Shown: positions 38,385 to 52,769, counted from the first letter of the stretch. The stretch: DNA of 64,000 nucleotides from Octopus sinensis (GCF_006345805.1 NC_043005.1:18042001-18106000); one strand, 5' to 3'. Made by a program: numbers and translations. The notes: generated from the sequence alone by a model not told the origin.

Positions 38385-38580
38385 GAGACAGTTGATGGCG
38401 ACCTTGCTGGAGCACAGCTTTGAGGAACTTTTAGTCGAATGAATCGACCCCAATACTTATGTTTGTCATTTTAGGCCTGGTGCTTCTTCTATGGGTCCCT
38501 TTGCCGAAGCGCTAAGTTACAGTAACGTGAACACACCAACACCGGTTGTCAAGAGGTGATCAGGAACAAGCACTAATCAA
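38385..38580 (-). mobile_element. SINE family A, diverged 3' half
   Basis: Homologous to family A. Confidence 0.6.
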
Positions 38581-38597
38581 AGACACACATGCACCCC

Positions 38598-38825
38598 TAG
38601 TGGTTAGGGTGCTGCACACACAATCATGGGATTGTGGTTTCAATTCCTAGACCGAGTGGTGGGTTGTGTTTTTGAGCAGAACGCTTCATTCACACATTGT
38701 TCTGAAATCACTTCGACTTGTGAGGGAGTGATCTAATATACAGTACATACATTTGATCGGTATGAACAAATCATTTGTGCAGGTCGTTCGGCAAAAGCTG
38801 AGAATCCATAGGCTGTCGTCGAGGG
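38598..38825 (+). mobile_element. diverged tRNA-derived SINE (family C-like head)
   Basis: TAGTGGTTAGGG...GGTTTCAATTCC A/B-box-like head resembling 40589-40680; different body. Confidence 0.5.
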
Positions 38826-38845
38826 GAGAGACCTTCATACACACA

Positions 38846-38896
<51 letters not shown>

Positions 38897-38906
38897 GTAT
38901 GGCTGT

Positions 38907-39297
38907 AGGCGCAGGAGTCGCTGTGTGGTAAGTAGGACCACTGCGTGGCACCTTTGGTAAGTGTCATCTGCTATAGCCTCGGGCCGACGAAAGCCTTTTG
39001 AGTGGATTTGGTAGACGGAAACTGGAAGAAGCCCGTCGTGTATATATATATACGCGTGTGTGTGTGAGAGTGTGTGTGTAAATGTTTGCGCGTCTGTGTT
39101 TGTCCCACCACCGTCGCTTGACAACCGATGCTAGTGTGTTTACGTCCCCATATATATTCTAGCGGTTCGGCAAAGGAGACTGATGTAATAAGTACTAGGC
39201 GTATAAAGAATAAGTCCTGTGGTCGATTTGTTCGACTAAAGTCGGTATGGCTGCAGTCAAATAACTGAAACAAATAAAAGACTAAAATAGTAAAAGA

Positions 39298-39300
<3 letters not shown>
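38907..39300 (+). mobile_element. SINE family A with a deletion in the head
   Basis: Homologous to family A; the B-box region is missing. Confidence 0.85.
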
Positions 39301-39354
<54 letters not shown>

Positions 39355-39364
39355 CACACACCCA

Positions 39365-39396
<32 letters not shown>

Positions 39397-39980
39397 AGTA
39401 TGTATGTGCGTGCGTCTGATATATATTGCTTATATTCTCTAACTTGTTTGTTACATGTGGAAAGCTTCTCACAGGATATAATTAAAATTAATCTCATATT
39501 TGTATTTTATCTCAATTATCTCACTGATATGGCTCCAATTAATTACACGGACCTTAAGCTTGCTAATTGTAGCAGAAAGTAAAATATAAAACTTCCAAAC
39601 TCGATACCATAACATAATCCTGATAAACAGTCGACGAAATTCTATTTTAATTTTGCCGTCAACCTGCACAATTATTTAAAGAGGAATATTAACTCCATTG
39701 TCAAACACCATGGTACAGTACTGTCAAGATGTTAACGAATAGCATGGCCATATAATTTGCTATTTCTTTCTGCCTGGTATAACCGACGGGCTCACAGTTA
39801 CCTGATAAAGGTAAAGCATTTTTTCGCTGTTAAGGCGAGCGACGAAATAAATGGATTGACAGGGTAACGTGGTGTAATAATCCTCCATGCGCATTATCTA
39901 TTTATTACCTTCCTCTAAAAAAAACAAGAAAAAACAAAAAATGCACATGGACCCGGCCACATCGCCACAAACATATACGT

Positions 39981-40052
<72 letters not shown>

Positions 40053-40588
40053 TGTGTGTTGTGTGTGTGTGTGTGGTGTATTCCACACATGGCTTCGCTT
40101 TTCACGAAAGTAGATGACTCGCAGTGAGATCGAACCTGAAATCATCATTTGAGCAACTTCTTTTTTACCGCACAGCCATGTTTGCATCCGCATCATTAAT
40201 GACAGAATAATGATTTTTTTTTCCTCCTGACCACTGGAAAATAGCGTGAAAGAGTAAAAAGTTAATTAGGATGCCTTGATGACGCTATGATAATCAAATG
40301 TGATTATTGCGAACATTATTTTGTGCTATTAGGTTTATGAAACACCATAATTTAGTAGCATTCATAGAAACAGTCTCTGACAGATCACACCTAGCCAATG
40401 ACGATGTCTTGCAGTCGTCGTACATCTATGGTGATATCCTCATTACTAATGTAATATGTAAGTACCACTCTTTGATGGTATTTCGGAAGTAATCGAAAGT
40501 ATAGTAATTTAGTAATTTCTAGTTCACCGCCCGCTCTGTCTACACTGTGATTAATTCTATTTTATCTGTCTGCTAGTGTCACTATGTG

Positions 40589-40915
40589 AAGGCGTATGTT
40601 TCAGTGGTTAGGGCGTCGGTCTCACAATGATGAGGTAGTGAATTCGATTTCCGGACCGGTCTGTCCGTTGTGTTGTTAAACAAGACACTTTATTTAACGT
40701 TGCTCCAGTTCACTCAGCTATAGAAATTAGTTGTGATGTCACTGGTACCAAGCTGTATCTGAACTTGCTTTTTCCGTGGATAACATGCATGGGGATGGCA
40801 TGCAGAGGGGAGGCTGGTATGCATGGGTGACTGCTGGTTCTTCCACAAACAACCTTGCCCAGATTTGTGAATCGGAGGGGAACTTACTAGATGCAATACC
40901 ATGGTCTACCCTTTA
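40589..40915 (+). mobile_element. SINE family C (CORE-like central block)
   Basis: tRNA-like head plus CAAGACACTTTATTT..CGTTGCTCCAGTTCACTCAGCT. Homologous to 62170-62480. Confidence 0.8.
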
Positions 40916-40952
40916 CTCTATGTATATATAATGGTGTAGAAAGGTATTTAAA

Positions 40953-41825
40953 CAGGGTGCGATGAACATATTGTCGTCTACATTACGCAAAAATGAAAAT
41001 CACACTGACATCTCATTTTAATAGATATACTTGCAAAAATTTCATTAAAATATTTTGAGATACTACAAAGTGATTTTGTTCAATAAAATCACCATTGGCT
41101 TCAATCACGGCCTCCAGACGACTTCGGAATCTTCTGCAACTCTTCTAGACGGCCTCTTTGTTTAAGTTGGTGAATGCTGCCATAATCCTTGCCTTCAGTT
41201 CATCTTTGGTGTTACAAAGAGTTTGTTAGTCTCACTCAACTGTGCCTCACACATAATAATCAAGGAGATTGCAGTCTGAGGAGTTAGGTGGCCAGATGTT
41301 AGGGGTGATGTGGTCACAGAAATTGACTGACAGCCATGACTGGCTTCTCCTGCTTGTGTGGCATGGTGCAGATATAGGGCCTCCGAGCCGCCACCCTCTT
41401 GATCCAAGGCAGCACTACCTCCTCCAGGCACTTGATGTAGGCCTCTGTGTTGAGTCTGAGGCTGTGTGGGAAGGTAAATGGAGGCATAACATCGCCATCA
41501 CTAGTGCTCACTCCAAACACCATAATGTAGACTGGATGTTTGATTTTTATCATTCTCGGTACATGTCTTCAGATTGTACTGTCCTCAGATTCACACCCAA
41601 ACACTGAAATGTTCGTATTGGAGCTTCCAGCGCGAATGCCAAGCAGTACAGCATATCGTTTCCAAATTTCTAGAAGACTGAATTGCTTCATGGTGCTGTT
41701 TTTCTCACAGACGGTGCCCAACTGAACCTACTATACTGTGTAGTCGACAAAATCAAATCAAAACAACCCATGCGCATGCGCTAAATTAAAATATTAAATG
41801 GCGATAATTTACCTATCGCACCCTG
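40953..41825 (-). mobile_element. internally deleted Tc1/mariner (maT/DD37D-like) element, 873 bp
   Basis: Imperfect ~26-bp TIRs starting CAGGGTGCGAT, with TA at the right end. Minus strand encodes an MKQFS start, KHPVYIMVFGVSTSDGDVMPPF...YIKCLEEVVLPW and WPPNSSDCNLLDYYV. The middle of the ORF is missing. Confidence 0.85.
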
Positions 41826-43564
41826 TATATGTATATGTATATAGGTGTATATGTATTTTATATATACACGTACACATTCATAATATATACTCATACACAT
41901 CTCAATATAGATACAGTCTCTCATACATAAGACACATGCAAAATAATATGTACAAAACAAAAAACAATAAAAGGAAAGCAATTTTCTGTCTGTCTGACCA
42001 TCCCACGCTTTGTCATAAAATCATATTTTACATCCATGGTTACTGAAATACTTTGTAATACGCTGTGGAAAAGAAACTATTTCAACTCTACAACCGTTTT
42101 AACTAATAATAGCAGTTCCGTGTATTCGTTAAAAAAAATCATCTTAGACATTATATTATGATTTACTGATAGTCAGAGGAGAGCAGAATGTTTTATAGTC
42201 GTCTATAGTTTGACGTAGATAAATCTGTTCGACATTTCACTTCTGGTTAAATGTATTCATTGTTTTATTCACGCTGTTCTGAATTGCAAACTCGTGTAAA
42301 CTCTTGGTGTAGTAGTATTTGGACAGCATATAAATATGGAAATACAGACGTGGTCATACACACATGCTCGCGGGTGTAATGGACGGGGAGATACAAAATG
42401 AGCGGGAATGAAGATGGCACGAAGTCAACCCAGAACTGAGAAGCAAAGAACACAGAATTAGTATAATGCTTTTTGAAGTGTAAATGTTCATAAAAATAAC
42501 AGTCATTAAAATACAATACAGTATGGAGATAATAAAGAATATTTGGGACATGAAAGGAGACAGAATATTATTTCTTATAACGGTTTTGTGCTAAACTAGG
42601 CTTGAGGCTACAGTGGTGTAAAGAACTACAGAAAAAGTAAAAAGACGTGGAAAACTAAGAGAAAAGATATATATTGGCAGAAAGCTTAATGGACTGTATA
42701 TTATAGGCCAGAGGAAAATAAGACAGTGGTAATGAGTCTCTGATGGCAGTGGTTCTGGGATGAAGCTATTAGAATAAAAGATCTTATGACGAAAAAGGAA
42801 GCTCAGCAGAGAAACGTTGCACCTGGGAAGAGAAGTGAACGACGCATTTAAAGATCTTGACAGAAAGTACTCGACCAGAAAGTTTATTAGAGCAATGACA
42901 ATGGAAATACTTACAGAGCTCTACAGTAAAACTGTCTCCTCCAAGAGTTGAGACACGCTTCTAGCTACTAAAAGGTAATTAGCTGGAAGATTCTTACAAA
43001 AAAAAAAAAACCCTAGCAAAGATGCGATTAAGAAATTAACTTGGCAGCAACATAACTTCTGGTTTATTCTTACCGCATGGTATATCGAGTGTCTTCTAAC
43101 AGTCTCGAATTATCCAAAGTTTCTGAATAAAATTATGTAGAGGGAAACTGTTTTGAAGTCTGTTAGTGGCTGTCTTGATTCGTAGCTTGGTTTAATTTCA
43201 CTACCTAGATGTTGGGTTCCATTAGGAGAGTTCACTTCGTTGCCAAAAAATGTTTTTTTAGATTTCTTGTTTGAGAATAATCTTTCTCCTTTCTCGGCCA
43301 TTAATAAACAACAAGAACAAGAACAACACCACTATTGGCTGCAGCAAGTTTCTCGAGGGTGTCAGATTAGAGGCGATTTACGGCACTAAGTCTCTGGTAG
43401 ACTTGGTTCTGTGAGAACTGTGCTACTGGTGCGCAATGGGAAATGGGTGAGATTAAAGATGGCGTACTAAAAATGTTTGAGGCAAAGTAGCAGTAGTGGT
43501 AGTGGTGGTGGTGGTGATTGTATGGAGGTAGTAAAAGTGGATGATGTAAATTATGGATACTATG

Positions 43565-43880
43565 GGTCGGAGGTTAGGGCATTCGGCCCACAATCGTAAG
43601 GTCGTGAGTTCGATTCCTGTCGGCGCATTGTGTCTTTGAATAAGACATTTTATTCCGCGCTATTCCAGCTCTCTGAGCTAGCAAAAATGAGTTGCATCTG
43701 TAATTCAAAGGGCCAGTCTTGTTACATTCTATGTGACACTGAAGGCCTCTGAAAAATACCTGGATGATACGCGTGTCAGTGGAGCACTCAGCCACCTGTA
43801 TATCAATTTCGTGATCACGTTGTTCCATTGATCGGATCAACTGAAACACTCGTCGTAGTAACCGACGGAATGCTAGCCAT
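43565..43880 (+). mobile_element. SINE family C'
   Basis: Family C head with a different 3' body, shared with 59520-59830 and 24122-24290. Confidence 0.75.
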
Positions 43881-44934
43881 AGACATAGTAAAGAATTATA
43901 AGAGTAGAAAAAAATGAGCAGAGAACAGTAACGAACGACAGCAACTCGAACGATGAATACAAAGTTTGTAGAACGATCTTAAGTGAACAATTTTAAAGAA
44001 AGAGATTTTAATATAACGAAATATCTCAGTTTACATCACGTTGAGATTAACTTTCACTTTTCATTCTTTATGCCTGTTACAAGAACCTGTCAGATACTGA
44101 TGTCGAATAATGATGTCGATTTAATCGACTGCTGTCCTCAACCTCCAAAATATGTAGGATTTCGCCGAGGTTAGAAATAAAATATATTGCAATATATTTT
44201 CAAGATATTACAGTCTCTATAATTTTCGTCAATATTACAGTGTTTTAAAGATTTGAGTTGTCATCCATTTGTATTTTACTTGAACTAATTAACATTAGCC
44301 ATTGAGCTTTTATTTCCGTCACAGCACTGCAAAGATAATTTTAATTAAGCAAATTTATTTTTCTCGCTACATTAAGTATTTTAGAAATCACTCGTGTATT
44401 GTGTTTCATGATGATAGCGCCCCTTGGCAATTTCTCTCGGTCACGGTACTGAGCATTGTGCCTTCTGTAAAAATGTAACATTATTCAACATACTCTAACA
44501 TAAGGGAAGATTTGTCTTTTGAATCATCATCACCCTTATTATTAGTGTTGAATCAGTTATTCACTTCGGTTTTCAAAAAAAAAAAAAAACGGTGGGAATG
44601 GAAAAGGGGGATGAAGAATCACCGGATTACATGCTAAACTGAAGGCATTTTAACGCAGACTTTGTTCATAAAGCAATAGGGTTAATATTTCTTGTATAAT
44701 TTTTCCCGTTTGAAAATAGAAAAAAGACAAAGAAAAAATAGCTTAAACCGTTAAAAGAAATTTCTTGCCGCAAGGCATTAAAAACATGCCATCTAAGGTA
44801 GGATCCGCCTCCAATATTTCAGTAACGAGTAAAAAGCAAAGACGTGTAAACACGATTCAGCAGGTATTCCTTTTAAATAACACAAAAAGAAATGCAATTT
44901 TCACAACCAAATTCATCTTTTCACAGATTTTTAT

Positions 44935-46420
44935 AGCAAATTGCGTATAATGTTAATCAAATTTATAATAGAGAAAACAGCATCACGACCACCACCGTCA
45001 ACAACGAGTGTTTTTCTAGTGTTGCTAGCGGTAAGGAAGAATTGAATATCTGGGAAAGGGCCGACATAGCACAAATGCTTGTCAAAAGCAATTGCTTCTC
45101 TCATGAGATCTTTATCCAAAGGCAAAATAAGGAGAAAGTAAGCTATTTTTGACTAGCCAACAAAGCAGAAATTCCCATTTGTACTCGAGAAAACGCTTAC
45201 TCTTTTACTTGTTTCAGTCATTTTTGACTGCGGCCATGCTGGAACACCGCCTTTAGTCGAGTAAATCGGCCCCCGGACTTATTCTTTGTAAGCCTATTAT
45301 TTATTCTATCGGTCTCTTTTGCCGAACCGCTAAGTTACGGGGACGTAAACACACCACCATCGGTTGTCAAGCGCTGTTGGGGGGACAAACACAGACACAC
45401 AAACATATACACACACATACATATATATATATATATACATATATATGACGGGCTTCTTTCAATTTCCGTCTACTAAACCCACTCAGAAAGCTTTGGTCGG
45501 CCCGAGGATATAGAAGAAGACACTTGCCCAAGGTGCCACGCAGTGGGACTGAACCCAGAACCATGTGGTTGGTAAGCAAGTTACTTACCATACAGCCACT
45601 CCTGCGCCTAAGAAATTTTTGGCCGATCTGTGGGAAGGTGTGGCTTCCATCAACCGAGAAAGGACACATGAAACTGTTTGCCTGCTTTTCAAGACCAAAG
45701 ACGAAGCGTGGCAATATGCAGAGTTGGTGCACCCACAATCTGTACACAAGCTTGTATACATGAATCAGCGTATTAGAGAAATCAGTAGTGATGTTGACCC
45801 GTTTCTCGTCGTCAAAAATGTGGAACAAGGAGCAAGTAGTGAGTGCTAAGGTAACTAGAAATGATACACAAGTCAACATACAAATCCTGATGAGCGAAAG
45901 AGTGCCAACGCGCCAATGTGTAATGCCGTGAGAGTAGGTGGAAAAGCTGTGGGATTTGTGGTACAAGGCAGAAGGCTTAGATGCTGTACAGTTAGCATTT
46001 GAGGGATTACCGTCTAAAGACCTAGAAAAGTAAGGAGATGTAGTAAACAGTAGTTCAGTCAGCCACAACGATAGTAATAGGCCCCAGAAGCTTCTTTTCC
46101 AAAGCATTTCTAATCGCACCAATGTTCACAGCTTGGAGGATGGGTATAGAATTTATCTCGTTCTCAGGGAGAAAAAAATCAGAAATCTGAAGACCAAGAA
46201 AGAAGCCGAGGAAGGAAAAAGCTGAGTCACACCACACAGCCTTGCAACCTTGAGTATGAAATAAATTCGAGAAATGTAGCAATCGAAAAGATGGGAAAAT
46301 GGAAAAAGGAAGCAGGGAAGAAGAAAGAAACCTAATCAGAAATTGTATAGAACAAAGAAAGCAGATCCACTTCTCCGCTTGAGGAAAGCACAATCAAGAA
46401 GTCTACGTCCTCTTTAGAAG
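44935..46420 (+). pseudogene. degenerate LINE ORF1-like coding remnant, interrupted by a SINE
   Basis: Removing 45198-45609 restores the frame ...EKVSYF*LANKAEIPICTRENA|KKFLADLWEGVASINRERTHETVCLLFKTKDEAWQYA. This aligns by eye with the ORF1 at 60818. Later VRVGGKAVGFVVQGRRLRC resembles a pre-knuckle segment. Confidence 0.55.
45198..45609 (-). mobile_element. SINE family A, full length
   Basis: Homologous to family A; no TSD visible. Confidence 0.9.
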
Positions 46421-46423
46421 CAA

Positions 46424-46816
46424 CTAGCTGCATCGCCCGGCGTTGCTCGGGTTTGTTTCGACCCTTTAGAATTGGAATTTTTAAAAAGTAAAACATTTGC
46501 ATTATATAGCTTGTTATTCTGTTTAAGTGGACATTTTTCTGGTTGAAATACACCGAAAAATAGCGACACAGTAGTCAAAACATCTTAAAAAATAGGGATT
46601 TTTATAGGGAAAAAGCACCTTTTTGATGTAAATAATTTTTGGTCTTAACATGGTTCGATTTGAATTTTTTCTTTTCTTTGAAAGAAGGGCAAGCCTTCTT
46701 CTATCATACTCTCAATTTTGGTCAACTTGCGCCGCAGGGACTCGGAGGAGATAGTGTTAGTTGAAGGCTACCAAACCTGCCATACACAGACAACTTCAGC
46801 TTTATATATAGAGAGA
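46424..46816 (-). mobile_element. non-autonomous Helitron, 393 bp
   Basis: Minus strand A|TC...CCCGAGCAACGCCGGG (hairpin)...CTAG|T. Both termini, the subterminal hairpin and the A/T insertion site are canonical. Confidence 0.85.
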
Positions 46817-47246
46817 TGAGGTACACAGTCGGGTAAACATCCAATTAGGTTCTACTGGACTTTATATCAATGACATGCTGGACAGAAGTGCAAATGAGAA
46901 TGTTTCGGCATGCGAAGGCGCAGATGTGTAAAAAACACGTGAAAGTCATATCAGCGTTCAACTGGCAAACTGTACTTGAAGAATGGGGAGGATGTGGACA
47001 AGAAAACTAATCATTTCGTGTGGCATAACATATTTATGGGATTGTATGAGTTTGGGGAATGTGGAGACCATTGATCTTACCCAGCTGGCATTTTCGCATT
47101 CGTGTGCAGATGGATCGGATAATTCGTTATTTTCATAGTCATTACACACATGCTCACACAGGCGCGTGCACACATATACATGCACATATACACATAAATA
47201 TATGTACATATATCTATATGTATATATATATGACATATAATACATA

Positions 47247-47346
<100 letters not shown>

Positions 47347-47353
47347 ACATACA

Positions 47354-47386
<33 letters not shown>

Positions 47387-47387
47387 G

Positions 47388-47530
47388 TAGGAGTGGCTGT
47401 GTGGTAAGTAGCTTGCTTACCAACTACATGGTTCCAGGTTCAGTCTCACTGCGTGGCACCATAGCGTCAGACCGACCAAAGACTTGTGAATGGATTTGGT
47501 AGATGGAAACTGAAAGAAGCCCGTCGCATA
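47388..47530 (+). mobile_element. SINE family A, 5' half
   Basis: Homologous to family A. Confidence 0.8.
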
Positions 47531-47563
<33 letters not shown>

Positions 47564-47859
47564 TGCCAAGTGTGATAGTAAATGCAAAACTAGTGGTAAC
47601 GTTTTGACTGGTTATATGCGACAGACAGGTATATACTACACGTCTATTTAAAACTCTACCTGTTCAAAATTTCTTTGTGTGCTTTCTTTCTTACTGATGG
47701 AAAACTGACCTATACATATACATGTGCGTGTGTGTGTATTTCTGTGTGTGCGTGTGCAAGGGAGTGTGTGTCTATATATATGTGTACTCTTGTGTGTGTA
47801 TTTATGTGCGTTGTGTGTACATATATATATACATATAGTTGAAATTTACAGAAAAACGA

Positions 47860-48030
47860 AAAGTCGAAGACAGGGGTATGAAAAGCAAGCGGGTGCATTA
47901 TTTTTACGCTCGGGAAGGTGAGAAAGTCTTTTACGTTTCGAGCCTACGCTCTTCAACAGAAAGGAACACGTGGAAATAAACAGAGAGAGAATAAAGAAAA
48001 CTTTTGGAGCTAGCCGTTAATCATGGCGAT
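47860..48030 (-). mobile_element. dispersed PLE terminal repeat, copy 3 (hammerhead-like motif at 47927-47963, core CUGUUGA)
   Basis: Homologous to 5390-5560 and 11222-11400. Confidence 0.7.
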
Positions 48031-48032
48031 AT

Positions 48033-48078
<46 letters not shown>

Positions 48079-48582
48079 ATATGCATGTGTCTATGTAGCT
48101 ATCTGTCTATATATATGTATGCATGTGTGTGTGTGTGGTGTGTGTGTGTGTTGTGTGTGTGTGTGGCTTTCTGTGTGTGTGTATGTGAAGTGCCGTGTGA
48201 GATTCAAAAATCTCCACATTGATCGCCAAGAGCATGGACTATGCACCCCAGGTTTCATTCCATTATAAGAAAAACATAACGGGTTAAATACATTAACGCA
48301 GAGTGGAGTGCGAAAGTTGGGAACTTTACATAATCGAATTTGTAAATCACCTTTCCAACGTAGAATAAGAACACTATTAGTAATAATGTATAAGTCTTGT
48401 ATATTACCGAAAGTAATAAGTATTTTGCACGTAGGTAGAGGTTATCTTTTATTCGGCATACGTATAGTATAGCCTCTTTTTGGTTTTATTTTTAAAAGTG
48501 TGCATTTTCATTTCTGCAAGCACGGAGAACGAATTTAATATATATAATACATATACATTTATACATACATACATACATACAT

Positions 48583-48615
<33 letters not shown>

Positions 48616-48635
48616 GATATATATACATATATATA

Positions 48636-48677
<42 letters not shown>

Positions 48678-49048
48678 GCACATTGGATCTTTCTCCATAT
48701 TAGCAGAAATAAGAATGCAGAATAAGTTTTTACCACAAAAGCACAAACACACACACACACAAACACAACTGTGACACTCCATTTTTCACTGTCGCTTGCA
48801 TAACCATACGCACAAGACACACAGTAAGGAAACCGTGTTTGCTCGCTCTATAGAGCTAACTCGCTGTAGTTCTTATATATTTAGACTAAGCATTAGATTT
48901 TTCAGTGAAATATATGTGTGGTTGAGGAGTGTGGTGGTGTGTAATTCCAGGAATTTGCGTCAAATTGAAACTTGATGTGTTCTCACACAAAAAATAAATT
49001 CTTCCTCGTTCTAGTCACTCATGTTGTTGTTGTTGCTGCTTTTGCTTT

Positions 49049-49163
49049 TCTTCTTCTTCTTCTTCTTCTTCTTCTTCTTCTTCTTCTTCTTCTTCTTCTT
49101 CTTCTTCTTCTTCTTCTTCTTCTTCTTCTTCTTCTTCTTCTTCTTCTTCTCCTCCTCCTTCTT
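49049..49163. repeat. (CTT)n microsatellite
   Basis: Directly visible. Confidence 0.95.
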
Positions 49164-50695
49164 ACAATTTCCTATGATTATTTTGTTTATTTTGCAAATA
49201 TTTTTTTAAAATTCTTGATGCGCTTCTGTTTTTTCTATTTTTTGCTTGATTGTAATCTTTTGCTGGAAATGATGGATGTGGTAGATACATCTCAGGAGCA
49301 AAATCTCTCGAAATAATTGCAAAATCTACAACCATCACCATAACCATTACTGTCACCGTCATCATTCATCAATCATCATAGTTATCAACACTATCATCAT
49401 CATCGTCGTCGTCGTTGTCATCATAACCGTCATCATTTCCATCGTCGGGGTCGATATTATTATCGTCATTTTCCTACCCCAAACTACCTCCTTGTCCTAT
49501 CTCTCTCCCCGTCGTCTTCCTCCTCATGCTCCTCCTCACCACCCTTATCACAACCACTACTACGAAATCCGTGCTGCCACCACTACTATCTGATAACTCT
49601 ACCGCTGCCATTGACAGTCTTACAATTGTTCCAGCACCGGCGCAACCTCCACCTCTAACTCTACCCACTCCATCATCGCCACCCCTTCGCCATCGCCGCT
49701 GCCGCCGATTCACTTCCACCAACACCACCACAGCTACCAACACCTACCCGCCGCAGCTATTTTTATTTTCTTTCCATTTCCAGCCGACCATCACCATCAC
49801 TAATAACAAGAACGATCAACAACGAAGCCTTCTACACGGTCGCTCGTTCTGTTAGAAATAGTAGCAGTTATATGTTCCTCAAATTAAAACCATTGGATGG
49901 TATGAATGTAGGTTCTGTGCACAAAGGAAAGCAGAAAAAGGAACATTCTCAATGCGTTTGTGCCACAGGTTCGCTCGATCAAGTCTGAGCTGTTGCTAAA
50001 CAACGTCTACATGAAAAACAGGAAACTCACGAAATTAAAACCACCAACATGGCTACCACTAACATCCCGCCATCACCGACATCACCACCATCACAACCAT
50101 TATTAACCATCACTTCCATCACCACTATCGTCTGCACATTACAAACGCTTAATGTAATCAAAAGTGTTTCTGAAATGATGAATATCACATGATGTGTGAT
50201 ACAATATTATTTATAAGATACAATCCTTAATACAATAATATCGAATGATCCTTAATATAATATCATGAGAGAGGATCCTTAATAAGATAAAATCCCATTA
50301 TCCCGAGTACAGAAAAATCACACAATCCATAATACACTGCCATATGATATGATGGTTAATATAATATCATATGATCTCAAATACTTGTTTATGTATTCTC
50401 TGATGCAATTAAAAAAAAAAAGAAGCTGTTTTGCGAATAAAACCGCTTCCGTTGCAAATCGATACTCGATGGTTATTGTTAACTATATTTCGTTTTTACC
50501 GATCCATAGAGGGAGGAAAAAGCGGGTGGGTGATGGACCATCTCTGCATTGAGAGAAGGGCGGAGAAATGGAAGAATTTATAAATAGATGGATGGATGCA
50601 TGGATGGATGATGAGACGAATGGACGGGTGGGCTGGATGGTAAACAAAGTTGCCTCCGATTGATTCGAATTATCGATCATTCACATGCCAATGCG

Positions 50696-50703
50696 TACTA
50701 CTC

Positions 50704-50749
<46 letters not shown>

Positions 50750-50845
50750 CACTACTACTACTACTACCACCACCACCGCCACCACCACCACCGCCACCAC
50801 CACCACCACCACCACCACCACCACCACTACTACTACTACTACTAC
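50696..50845. repeat. (TAC)n/(CAC)n microsatellite
   Basis: Directly visible. Confidence 0.95.
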
Positions 50846-51050
50846 TTATTTCGTCATTGCCCACAAGGGGTTAAACACAGAGGGGACAAAAACAAGGACA
50901 GACAAAGGGATTAAGTCGATTACATCGACCCCAGTGCGCGCAACTGGTACTTCATTTATCGACCGCGAAAGGATGAAAGGCAAAGATCACTTCAGAAGGA
51001 ATTTGAACTCAAGGCGTAAAGAGAAACCGGAATAAATGCCGCAAGACACC
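50846..51050 (-). mobile_element. SINE family B
   Basis: Reverse-complement homology to 6525-6758. Confidence 0.8.
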
Positions 51051-51123
51051 TCGAAGATTCTCTTAATCCGCTGTCATTTCATAACTAATAATAATGATGT
51101 TGATGATGATGATATTAATAATG

Positions 51124-51160
<37 letters not shown>

Positions 51161-51407
51161 TGATAACGAGAGTTATTTTTTGCTCTGTATATTAGAAAAG
51201 ACGAAGAATGAAGAGGTTAGTAGGAGGAAACATTAAAAAATATAAAAAAACGTGGACGTTTACGCAGAATCGATTATATATAACAATAATAACAATACTA
51301 CTACTATTACTACTACTACTACTACTACACTACTACTACTACTACTACTAATAATAATAATAATAATAATAATGATGATGATGATGATGATGATGAAGAC
51401 GATGATA

Positions 51408-51440
<33 letters not shown>

Positions 51441-51441
51441 A

Positions 51442-51490
<49 letters not shown>

Positions 51491-51493
<3 letters not shown>

Positions 51494-51530
51494 TCTACAT
51501 ATATATCTATCTATAAATGTGTGCGTGTAC

Positions 51531-51568
<38 letters not shown>

Positions 51569-51756
51569 TGTGTGTGTATGTATGTATGTATGTATGTATG
51601 TATGTATGTATGTATGTATGTATGTATGCATATTGAGAAGTCAAACACGTATAGTAATAATCAAATACGTACATATATGTACGCATGCATAAATGAATGG
51701 TATCGGAGGTGACCTCAGCGAAATTTGAACGCAAAACGCAGAGAGACGGATTGATA

Positions 51757-51801
<45 letters not shown>

Positions 51802-51816
51802 ACTACTACTACTACA

Positions 51817-51848
<32 letters not shown>

Positions 51849-52694
51849 TAATAATAATAATAATAATGATATGCATTCTTTTTTAAAAAATGTTATTTAA
51901 GCAATAAATAAAACCATTATAAAATGATTATAACAAATTTTAGAATATCACAATGCTAATAATAACAATAACAAGAAGGGCCTTTGCTGATCGATCACTT
52001 GCTTATACAGAGACTAATCTTTCACCATTGTTGGTAAAGCAGACAGATTCATCTTTATGATTGATCACAATATTAATGTCAGCACGACCGAATGCATGGC
52101 ATTGAGGATCAATAGAGCAAAATGAACAGCAACGAATGTCTGAATGATTTGTTATGTTGTTATGAGTTATTTGGGAGCAGCGTGATGGGAAATTATCCTC
52201 AAATTTAAGAACTGACCTGAATATTAGTAAGACAATAGATTCCATTAAAGCGCAAATGAGAACTGATGGGGGTGTTAAACAGGGTGACATATTAAGTCTA
52301 TTTTGCATCAACAGAAACAGTTCCTTCACCAGACATGCTTACAGTATGCGTCTGTCAAATTCAATTCACCACACTTTGGCTGACCCAGTATTACGGTAGA
52401 ATGCACAAGTCCAACATATTACGCAGTTAATTGAACCAGAAAACAAGCAATTTCAAAACAATGCTCTTAACCAGCCATCCAAAACTGCAAGATACTTGAC
52501 TAGCGGAGTCGATTAGCTGATTGTTGGATCGAATGCTTTTGGTATTCAATCCGTCTCTCTGCGTTTTGCGTTCAAATTTCGCTGAGGTCACCTCCGATAC
52601 CATTCATTTATGCATGCGTACATATATGTACGTATTTGATTATTACTATACGTGTTTGACTTCTCAATATACATACATACATACATACATACAT

Positions 52695-52769
<75 letters not shown>

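Noticed and set aside
37571-38453. Minisatellite as a CRISPR array or repeat-protein gene
   Set aside because: Units are contiguous with no unique spacers, the genome is eukaryotic, and a 19-bp period is not a multiple of three.
42540-43301. Purine-rich block and the ORF MAEKGERLFS... as LINE or host coding sequence
   Set aside because: Many stops, no diagnostic motif and no convincing splice pair; needs BLASTX.
49474-49855. Pro/Thr-rich ORF as a mucin-like exon
   Set aside because: It lies within decayed CAC/CAT microsatellite sequence, with no splice or homology support.
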